A stretch of DNA of 64,000 nt from Clostridia bacterium (GTDB taxonomy: Bacteria > Bacillota > Clostridia > JAAYHZ01), in NCBI GenBank assembly GCA_050950825.1, contig JBMNIH010000004.1:640001-704000 (forward strand), written 5' to 3'. Shown here piece after piece: positions 12,975 to 20,894 of the stretch. Below the pieces are notes generated by a model that was not told the DNA's origin, did no database searches, and was given only the letters and a program-made list of their open reading frames with translations. Position numbers and translations under genes: made by a program. Numbering within the stretch: the first letter of the stretch is position 1; each line of letters opens with the position of its first letter.

Positions 12975-15900
12975 GTGAAGGATAAAATCGCCGTAAGTAA
13001 ATTCTTAGGACTTGAAAAGGAAACAAAGGACATCGAAGGCATTTATATTCACAACATTACGGTAGAATCGAAAACCGATTCCGTCACGCTCTTTCTGTAT
13101 TCCGATCGATGGATCTGTTGTGAGGTAACCGAATTCGTAAAAAAACAAACCTGTAAAAAGTTTAACCTGGAGCATGTAAACGTTGCGTGTATATATCCCG
13201 AGGAGCTTGATTTGGAGACGGTTATCCAAGAAGATCTTAACGGAATATTACATATACTGGAAAAAGAATGCCCCTCCGTATGCAATATCGTAAAGGACTG
13301 CCAATGGTCCGGAGAAGGGAATACGCTCCGCTTGGATCTCAGGGGCTTAAACGGTTCTTGCTGCAGTTTTCTTAAAATCCGTCAATTCGATAAAATTATA
13401 AAAGATTTTTTTGAACGTCGGTACCGAATAACACCCGTCTTGGAAATTTGTTGGCCGGAGGATACGGACACCGAGGATTGCGATATCGAGTTTGAAAGCT
13501 TAAAAGAGGAAATTCGAAAGCAGGAAGAATTGATTCCTGTCATAGAGCCTGCTCCCAAGGCCGGAAAACCGGCATCAGGCGGCGAATCGCCCACGGACAA
13601 CGCAAACGAAAGCAAAAAACCGAAAAAAGGCCGCGGTCGAAACCGAACCGACGAAGGTATGATTTACGGAAAAACCATTACCGAAGGTCCCGTGCCTATC
13701 GAAACGCTGACTCCGGTTACGGGAACATGCGTAATCAAAGGAGACGTAATCGCTTACGAAAGCGTTACGTTGAAAAGCGGTGACAAGTGTATTATTAAGT
13801 TTGACATTACCGACTACACCGATTCCGTAACTTGCAAACTCTTTGCCGACGTAAACGACGAGCCCTATTTCAAAGAATCTTTAAAAGGGCAGACCGTTTG
13901 CGTGAAAGGAAGCGCTCTTTACGATACCTTCGATCGGGATTTGTGTGTCAACGTATACAGCATTGCTCCCGCCGAAAAAGAAAAAGAAATCACCGATAAC
14001 AGTCCGGTCAAGAGAGTGGAGCTTCATGCCCATACGAAGATGAGCTCCATGGACGGCGTATGCAGCACTTCCGATTTGGTCAAGTTGGCAATTCGATATG
14101 GACACAAGGCGGTTGCCATTACCGACCACGGTGTGGTACAAGCTTTCCCGGAAGCGATGAACACCAAAGAAAATGCAAAGTCCGATATTAAAATTATATA
14201 CGGCGTGGAAGCGTACCTAACCGACAGCGTTCAAGACGTGGTAAACGGTGAAAGCTACCACTGTATCGTTTTGGTTCAAAATCAGACCGGTCTGAAGAAT
14301 TTATACAAATTAATATCCATGTCCCATTTGGACTATTTTTACAAGCATCCCAAAATGCCTCGGGAGGTATTGCAGAAGTATCGGGAAGGGTTGATCCTAG
14401 GAAGCGCATGCGAAGCCGGTGAATTGTACCAAGCGATCCTTGCGAAAAAAAGTCCCGAGGAAATCCGCAAAATCGTCGACTTTTACGACTACCTTGAAAT
14501 CCAGCCCAACGGGAACAACATGTTCATGGTACGAAACGGCCTGTTACACTCGGTGCAGGATATCGAGGACATCAATCGATACATTGTTTCTTTAGCCAAA
14601 GAAGCGGGCAAACCGGTGGTTGCAACCTGCGACGTTCACTTTTTAAGGGAGAAAGACAGCGTATTCCGAAAACTGCTGATGGCGGGACAAGGATACAGCG
14701 ATGCGGAATTCCAAGCACCGTTGTATTTTCGTACCACCGAAGAAATGCTGGCGGAGTTTCAATATTTAGGAGCGGATACGGCTTACGAAGTGGTGGTAAC
14801 CAACACCAATCAAATTGCCGAACGTATCGAAAACTTACGGCCCGTCCCGAAGGGAACCTATACCCCGGAAATAGAAGGCGCGGAAGAGGAGTTGGAAAAC
14901 TCCTGTATGGAAAAAGCGAAGGAAATCTACGGGGATCCTCTGCCCGAAATTGTATCCGATCGGTTAAAAAGAGAACTGAAAGCGATTATCGGAAACGGAT
15001 TTGCCGTCATGTACATCATTGCACGAAAATTGGTGTTAAAGTCCGTGGCGGACGGATATATCGTTGGCTCTCGAGGATCGGTAGGATCATCCTTTGCGGC
15101 TCATATGTGCGGCATTACGGAGGTAAACGCCCTTCCACCTCATTATGTGTGCAGAAAGTGCAAGCATTCCGAATTTATCTTGGACGGATCCTACGACTGC
15201 GGTCACGATATGCCGGATAAGGTTTGCCCGAAATGCGGAAGCCTTTATGCAAAAGACGGATTTGACATACCTTTTGAAACGTTCCTGGGCTTTAACGGAG
15301 AAAAAGCGCCGGATATCGACTTAAACTTTGCCGGGGAGTACCAGCCCGTAGCCCATAAGTACACGGAAGAGCTGTTCGGCGAGGGATATACATATCGAGC
15401 GGGAACCATCGGTACCTTAGCGGAAAAAACCGCCATGGGTTTCGTGAAAGGCTATTTTGATGAAAAAGGGATTCCTTTGAAAAAGGCGGAAATGAATCGT
15501 TTGATTGCCGGATGTACGGGCGTCAAAAGAACAACCGGGCAGCATCCCGGAGGGATTGTGGTTATCCCGAAAAAATATGAAGTGTATGATTTTTGTCCGA
15601 TTCAGCACCCGGCGGATGCAAAAGAAAGCGATATTATCACTACCCATTTTGACTTCCATTCCATCTCGGATACCATTTTGAAGCTGGATATTTTGGGTCA
15701 TGACGATCCGACCACCATCAAAATGCTCGAGGATTTGACCGGCATAAAAGCGACGGATATTCCTCTTCATGACGATAAAGTACTGTCCCTTTTTACGAGT
15801 ACGGAAGCTTTGGGAGTTCGGCCGGAGGATATTGACAGCACTACGGGAACGTTGGGGCTGCCGGAAACCGGTACGGATTTTGTGCGAGGCGTATTGATCG

Positions 15901-16733
15901 ACACGCAGCCGAAAATGGTATCCGACTTGATTCGCGTCATGGGATTGACCCACGGAACCGACGTTTGGTTGAACAACGCCCAAAAACTGATTTTGGAAAA
16001 CGGACTGACGCTTCAAGAAGTCATTTGCAACCGCGACGATATTATGAACTATTTAATTAAAGCCGGTCTCGAGCCTTTCCATGCCTTCGACATCATGGAA
16101 AAGGTACGAAAAGGGAAAGGCCTTACGGAGAAACAGGAAGCTTTAATGCGGGAAAAAGATGTACCGGAATGGTATATCGATTCCTGTAAAAAAATCAAGT
16201 ACATGTTCCCGAAAGCCCATGCCGCCGCTTATGCCATGATGGCTTTAAGGATCGGATGGTTTAAAGTGTACAGACCTGTAGCCTTTTACACGGCATACTT
16301 TTCCGTACGGGGAGAAGATTTTGATGCAAACATTATGACTCGAGGAAAAGACAAGGCAAAAGCCATTTACCTAGAATTGAAAAAGAGAAACGGAAACGAA
16401 TTGTCTCAAAAAGAGAAAAATATCCTCACCCTTTTGGCATTGGTCATTGAAATGTATGAAAGAGGAATCGAAATGCTGCCTGTGGATATTTACAAATCCG
16501 AAGCGCTTCGCTTCACGATGGAAGAGGGAAAAATTCGACCTTCGTTAAACTCTTTGAGCGGGTTAGGAAACAACGCCGCTTTGAGTATAGCGGAAGCCCG
16601 TAAAAAAGGATCCTTTAAATCCGTTGAGGATTTGAGGCTGTCGGCAAAGGTCGGAAAAAATGTAATCGAGATTCTTCGAGACTACGGATGCTTAGACGGT
16701 ATGCCGGGAGACAACCAAATGACCATCTTCTGA
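12975..16733 (+). CDS. polC: DNA polymerase III PolC-type alpha subunit lacking the inserted exonuclease domain
   Basis: N-terminal domain and OB fold; PHP motifs RVELHAHTKMS, AITDHG, GSACEAG, TCDVH; GSRGSVGSS; Zn finger CRKC...CPKC; PDIDLNF, TTGQHPGG, LKLDILGHD, YMFPKAHA. Confidence 0.96.
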   Translation: MKDKIAVSKFLGLEKETKDIEGIYIHNITVESKTDSVTLFLYSDRWICCEVTEFVKKQTCKKFNLEHVNVACIYPEELDLETVIQEDLNGILHILEKECPSVCNIVKDCQWSGEGNTLRLDLRGLNGSCCSFLKIRQFDKIIKDFFERRYRITPVLEICWPEDTDTEDCDIEFESLKEEIRKQEELIPVIEPAPKAGKPASGGESPTDNANESKKPKKGRGRNRTDEGMIYGKTITEGPVPIETLTPVTGTCVIKGDVIAYESVTLKSGDKCIIKFDITDYTDSVTCKLFADVNDEPYFKESLKGQTVCVKGSALYDTFDRDLCVNVYSIAPAEKEKEITDNSPVKRVELHAHTKMSSMDGVCSTSDLVKLAIRYGHKAVAITDHGVVQAFPEAMNTKENAKSDIKIIYGVEAYLTDSVQDVVNGESYHCIVLVQNQTGLKNLYKLISMSHLDYFYKHPKMPREVLQKYREGLILGSACEAGELYQAILAKKSPEEIRKIVDFYDYLEIQPNGNNMFMVRNGLLHSVQDIEDINRYIVSLAKEAGKPVVATCDVHFLREKDSVFRKLLMAGQGYSDAEFQAPLYFRTTEEMLAEFQYLGADTAYEVVVTNTNQIAERIENLRPVPKGTYTPEIEGAEEELENSCMEKAKEIYGDPLPEIVSDRLKRELKAIIGNGFAVMYIIARKLVLKSVADGYIVGSRGSVGSSFAAHMCGITEVNALPPHYVCRKCKHSEFILDGSYDCGHDMPDKVCPKCGSLYAKDGFDIPFETFLGFNGEKAPDIDLNFAGEYQPVAHKYTEELFGEGYTYRAGTIGTLAEKTAMGFVKGYFDEKGIPLKKAEMNRLIAGCTGVKRTTGQHPGGIVVIPKKYEVYDFCPIQHPADAKESDIITTHFDFHSISDTILKLDILGHDDPTTIKMLEDLTGIKATDIPLHDDKVLSLFTSTEALGVRPEDIDSTTGTLGLPETGTDFVRGVLIDTQPKMVSDLIRVMGLTHGTDVWLNNAQKLILENGLTLQEVICNRDDIMNYLIKAGLEPFHAFDIMEKVRKGKGLTEKQEALMREKDVPEWYIDSCKKIKYMFPKAHAAAYAMMALRIGWFKVYRPVAFYTAYFSVRGEDFDANIMTRGKDKAKAIYLELKKRNGNELSQKEKNILTLLALVIEMYERGIEMLPVDIYKSEALRFTMEEGKIRPSLNSLSGLGNNAALSIAEARKKGSFKSVEDLRLSAKVGKNVIEILRDYGCLDGMPGDNQMTIF

Positions 16734-16756
16734 AACAGATCATAGCGAGAAAATGC

Positions 16757-16780
16757 AGGCACCCGAACGGTGCCTTTTTT
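16757..16780 (+). terminator. Rho-independent terminator after polC
   Basis: AGGCACC-cgaac-GGTGCCT followed by a T run. Confidence 0.8.
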
Positions 16781-17041
16781 ATATTTTTTCGGTATCACCG
16801 GCATCCATTGTATATTTATGGTACACCTAAACCTTAGGCGGTGCATATGACCTATTACGTATAATCTTACTATTTCATATGCCGTAGCGGTAGGACGTAT
16901 AGGCTGCCGGATTTTTATAGCGCCGCACTTGTTGATAGCCAAAGCCTGTCTTCTCCTTGCGATTTGTATGTTACGGGATACGGGGAGGCGGCGGAGTTAT
17001 ACGAATTAGGGAAAAGCCCTTGATAGGAAAACGAAAAAATG

Positions 17042-17072
17042 AAAACCGGCGTAAAAATCATACGCCGGTTTT
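17042..17072. terminator. Hairpin terminator downstream of the minus-strand gene (possibly bidirectional)
   Basis: Perfect 12-bp inverted repeat AAAACCGGCGTA / TACGCCGGTTTT, 11 nt from the stop at 17084. Confidence 0.8.
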
Positions 17073-17083
17073 AAAATGGTTAT

Positions 17084-18127
17084 TTACTCGTTATCTTTTA
17101 TCATAGTACGGAATATTGCCAGATTTTCATCACGGTATCGGTCTTGGATTCTTCTCATGGCGTCTCCTGCGGTCTTCCATACCAATTCCGGATTTACGCT
17201 GCGGTAGGTATTGGATTCGGCTCCGCGGAAGCTCCAGAACAAGATGGTTCTTGCACCGGCGTCGTAAGCTGCATCCGTTGCGTAGATGATTTCTTCTTCG
17301 CGTCCGGCAGGAACTCCGAAGCCTTGAATCCAGATGTTGTGATCTTTGTTAAATTGCTTACAGATATCAAGGTTTTTCTTTGTCCCTTTATACACAAAGT
17401 CGTATGAATTTGTGGTACTACCGTACCAGTAAGGATCCGAACCGATGTTGTGAAGGGAAGGTAGGCTGCAGATCTTATCGATGTTCTTTAAGTGGATACC
17501 TAATTGTTCGCCAAGCATGACGCAAACCGTATTGGTCATTCCCTTGGATGCGCTGTATTCGGTAACGTGTTTGAAATAGTCGACAATGGAATTTACTCGA
17601 AATTCCGCCACTTCGTCGGTGAAAGTGCTTGGCATTTCAAAACCGTAGATATCTTTGAATAGCTTTTTGCATACATTGCAGCAGCATGTAAATTTTGTCG
17701 GTTTTCCGTCTTTGATTTCTCTTCCTACCAAATGCGGTTCATCCCAGAATATGATTCTTCCGCCGCAGTCGTATACCACATCAATCCATTCCCGAGTGAA
17801 TCTGCGGAAATCTTCATTATTGTAGCATGCGCGTACAGGATCGTTGGTTCCGTCGTTATACACTTGGTGCGCTTCGGGATAATAGGCTAAAAAGTGAGAT
17901 TTATCCCCAGGAGGTCCGCCGATTCCCCAATTGTCCACCCAAAGCTCCAAGCCTTTTTCCAAAGTCATGTCGAAAATTTCTTTCATTATTTTATGATGCC
18001 TGTCCCAGTCGTTGTGGGAGAACATGTGAACGACCAAATTAAAATTGTGGTTGATAATATCGTTCAGGTCCTCTTCCACATGCTTTAAAATACGATTGCC
18101 ATGATAGGCAACACCGGTTTTTAACAT
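17084..18127 (-). CDS. Hypothetical glycoside-hydrolase-like TIM-barrel protein
   Basis: 347 aa with RBS AAGGAGG; FWDEPH, CCCNVC, GSDPYW and ILFWSFRG resemble the GH42-like catalytic barrel. Confidence 0.6.
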   Translation of the reverse strand: MLKTGVAYHGNRILKHVEEDLNDIINHNFNLVVHMFSHNDWDRHHKIMKEIFDMTLEKGLELWVDNWGIGGPPGDKSHFLAYYPEAHQVYNDGTNDPVRACYNNEDFRRFTREWIDVVYDCGGRIIFWDEPHLVGREIKDGKPTKFTCCCNVCKKLFKDIYGFEMPSTFTDEVAEFRVNSIVDYFKHVTEYSASKGMTNTVCVMLGEQLGIHLKNIDKICSLPSLHNIGSDPYWYGSTTNSYDFVYKGTKKNLDICKQFNKDHNIWIQGFGVPAGREEEIIYATDAAYDAGARTILFWSFRGAESNTYRSVNPELVWKTAGDAMRRIQDRYRDENLAIFRTMIKDNE

Positions 18128-18332
18128 TCGAAAAACCCTCCTTAATAAAGAAAAATAAAATCCGTATGATGAGTTTCATCTATCAATGAAAGCAATATAT
18201 CATAATTAATTCAGGTTGTAAACGAACTTTCAGACTTTTCCAATATCGAAAGATCCGTGAAAAACGAGATAACAATAAAAAGATTCACAATAAGGACAAT
18301 AAGGTTTTGTTAGAAGATTTTATGACAACCTC

Positions 18333-18401
18333 TTGCCATTTGACGAAAAAAACAGTATACTAATAATGTCGTTTGATTTATTCAAACCGTCTTGGTATAA
18401 T
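18333..18401 (+). promoter_or_regulatory. Tandem sigma-A promoters of the rimP-nusA-infB operon
   Basis: TTGCCA-17-TATACT (18333-18361) and TTGATT-17-TATAAT with extended TG (18373-18401). Confidence 0.6.
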
Positions 18402-18426
18402 GGTGCTGTATATTGCGGAGTATGAC

Positions 18427-18450
18427 AAGAGTGGGACATCCCACTCTTTC
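18427..18450 (+). ncRNA. rimP leader attenuator-like hairpin
   Basis: AAGAGTGGG-ACAT-CCCACTCTT-TC just upstream of rimP; matches the GAGUGGG/CCCACUC rimP-leader hairpin of Firmicutes. Confidence 0.7.
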
Positions 18451-18501
18451 CATTATGTTAAATATTTTTATTAATTTTATGGTAAATGTGCGGAGGATTG
18501 A

Positions 18502-18972
18502 ATGGCAAGAGGAAAAATTGCATCCATGGTGTACGAAATAGCAAAACCGATTGTAGAAGATGAGTTCGGTTTTGATTTGGTTGACGTGGAGTATAAAAAA
18601 GAAGGACCCTCTATGGTGCTGAGGGTCATTATCGATAAAGCAGGCGGTATATCCGTTGAGGACACTTATGTGATTGCCACCCGTTTAAATCCTTTGTTGG
18701 ATGAGAAAGAGGATTTATTCGAAGGCAGCTACCGGTTTCAAGTCTCTTCGCCGGGTTTGGATCGTCCCTTGAAAACCGAGAGTGATTTTCGAAGATACCG
18801 CGGATCTCGCATTGAGGTGAGATTATACAGTAAACAAAATGACAAAAAGTCGTTCGAAGGAATATTGGAAAATTACGAAAACGGTCTTATCACCATTACC
18901 AATGACGAAGGGAAGTCTTTGACATTTGATGAGAGCAATGTCAGCACGGTTAAGCGCGTGATTGTTTTTTAA
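18502..18972 (+). CDS. rimP: Ribosome maturation factor RimP
   Basis: LVDVEY, LRVIID, QVSSPGLDRPL; position upstream of nusA. Confidence 0.95.
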   Translation: MARGKIASMVYEIAKPIVEDEFGFDLVDVEYKKEGPSMVLRVIIDKAGGISVEDTYVIATRLNPLLDEKEDLFEGSYRFQVSSPGLDRPLKTESDFRRYRGSRIEVRLYSKQNDKKSFEGILENYENGLITITNDEGKSLTFDESNVSTVKRVIVF

Positions 18973-18991
18973 GGCTTGTTGGAGGGAAATC

Positions 18992-20170
18992 ATGAACGTA
19001 GAATTTATACATGCATTGGAACAAATAGAAAAAGAAAAAGGAATAAGCAAAAAAGTTTTAATTGAGGCGATGCAAGAAGCCCTGCTTTCGGCATACAGAA
19101 AAAACTTCGGAAACGATGAAAACATTTCCGTTAACATAGATTCACAGACCGGTCGTATTCGTGTGTATGCTACGAAAACCGTTGTGAAGGAAGTAAAAAA
19201 CAGCGCAACGGAGGTCGCATTGGAGCAAGCCATAAAATCCGACCCTTCCATAGTAGAAGGGGATTTGGTGCAGGTGGAAAGCACCCCGGAACGTTTTGGC
19301 CGAATTGCGGCACAGACGGCAAAGCAAGTGGTTATGCAAAGAATACGGGAAGCGGAAAAGAACCTCATATTCGAAGAGTTCTACAGCAAAGAAAACGATA
19401 TCGTAACCGGGATTATTCAGCATGCGGACAAAAAGAATGTGATTGTGGACTTGGGCCGGATCGAAGGTATTATGCCTGCTTCCGAGCAAGTACCCAATGA
19501 AAAGTATCTTTTTAATAAACGTATGAAATTTTACGTTCTTGAAGTGAAAAACCAAAGCAAGGGGCCGTCGATTTTGCTGTCCCGATCCCATCCTTCTTTG
19601 ATCAAGCGCCTGTTTGAGCTGGAAGTACCGGAGATTTTCAACGGCGTTGTGGAGATAAAGAGCATTGCCCGAGAAGCGGGTTCTCGAACCAAAATGGCGG
19701 TATGGTCCCACGATTCCAATGTAGACCCGGTAGGAGCATGCGTCGGTCAAAGAGGCATTCGGGTACAAAATGTAGTGGAAGAACTGAATGACGAAAAAAT
19801 TGATATTTTGAAGTGGAGTCCTAATCCGGCGGAGTACATTTCCAACAGCTTAAGTCCCGCCGAAGTGATTCGAGTAGAAATATTCGAAGATGAAAAAGCC
19901 GCTCGCGTCACCGTGCCGGACCACCAGCTTTCCTTGGCTATCGGGAAAGAAGGTCAAAACGCCAGACTGGCTGCTCGATTGACCGGATGGAAGATCGATA
20001 TCAAGAGCGAATCGCAAATGAGAAAGCTTTTGGAACAAGAATTGTTTGCCGGAAATTTGTTTAAAGACCCCGCAGAAACGAATGAAGAGCCGGAAGATTC
20101 GGAAGAATATGAAGCAACCGAAGATACGGAAGATGTTGATGCGGATTTTGAGGAAGAGCAAGAAGAATAA
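18992..20170 (+). CDS. nusA: Transcription termination/antitermination factor NusA
   Basis: FGRIAAQTAKQV, LSRSHP, AREAGSRTKMAV, GACVGQRG, SLAIGKEGQNARLAARLTGWKIDI; acidic tail. Confidence 0.97.
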   Translation: MNVEFIHALEQIEKEKGISKKVLIEAMQEALLSAYRKNFGNDENISVNIDSQTGRIRVYATKTVVKEVKNSATEVALEQAIKSDPSIVEGDLVQVESTPERFGRIAAQTAKQVVMQRIREAEKNLIFEEFYSKENDIVTGIIQHADKKNVIVDLGRIEGIMPASEQVPNEKYLFNKRMKFYVLEVKNQSKGPSILLSRSHPSLIKRLFELEVPEIFNGVVEIKSIAREAGSRTKMAVWSHDSNVDPVGACVGQRGIRVQNVVEELNDEKIDILKWSPNPAEYISNSLSPAEVIRVEIFEDEKAARVTVPDHQLSLAIGKEGQNARLAARLTGWKIDIKSESQMRKLLEQELFAGNLFKDPAETNEEPEDSEEYEATEDTEDVDADFEEEQEE

Positions 20171-20251
20171 TCGGCTCCAATGTGAATTTTATTTAAAATT
20201 CAATGAAATCATGCTACTATATACTAGTGTTATGACAAAGGAGAGTGAACA

Positions 20252-20548
20252 ATGAGTCAGGCGATGAGAAAAAGAAAAGTACCTATGCGCAAATGTATCG
20301 GATGCGACGAATCAAAACCCAAAAAGGAATTGGTTCGAATAGTACGAGACCAAGAGGGCAATATAAAGGTAGATTTTACGGGAAAAGCTTCAGGTAGGGG
20401 TGCCTATATCTGTTGGAATACTCATTGTTTTGACTCCGCTCGAAAAGGAAAGAAGCTTCAAAAGTCATTCGAAATGAACATTACGGATGAAACCTATGAA
20501 CGATTGCGTCAGGAATTAAGCGAGAAGATGCCGAATGCAAACGAATGA
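20252..20548 (+). CDS. ylxR: YlxR (DUF448) RNA-binding protein
   Basis: PMRKCIGC, KKELVRIVR, GRGAYIC; operon position. Confidence 0.93.
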   Translation: MSQAMRKRKVPMRKCIGCDESKPKKELVRIVRDQEGNIKVDFTGKASGRGAYICWNTHCFDSARKGKKLQKSFEMNITDETYERLRQELSEKMPNANE

Positions 20549-20894
20549 AATAAAGCGTATCTATTCTTTTATCGGGTTAGCGGCAAAAGCGAATAAAATT
20601 GTTTCCGGTGGCGAATTGAGCGAAAAAGCCATAAAGGAAAATAAAGCCCGATTGGTGATTATTGCCCAAGATGCAGCCGATAATACCGTTAATAAATTTA
20701 GTGAATTGTGTCAAAAAAAATCTATCACCCCGATTCGTTTCGGGTATAAGGAGGAGCTTGGAAAAACTATTGGAAAAGCAGGTTCAAGAAGTGTTGTATG
20801 TATCACTTGTAAGCATTTTGCGAGTGGATTACGAAAGATGGTCGGTTCAATGATTTTCGGGGGTGAAACGTTTGGCGAAGATAAGAGTATATGA
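20535..20894 (+). CDS. ylxQ: L7Ae-family RNA-binding protein YlxQ
   Basis: [29 protein letters not shown]; operon position. Confidence 0.9.
   Translation: MQTNEIKRIYSFIGLAAKANKIVSGGELSEKAIKENKARLVIIAQDAADNTVNKFSELCQKKSITPIRFGYKEELGKTIGKAGSRSVVCITCKHFASGLRKMVGSMIFGGETFGEDKSI

Noticed and set aside
11681-16016. Minus-strand ORFs of about 200 aa or more (11681-12343, 15417-16016)
   Set aside because: They overlap conserved rseP/ispG and polC on the opposite strand and have no recognisable domains
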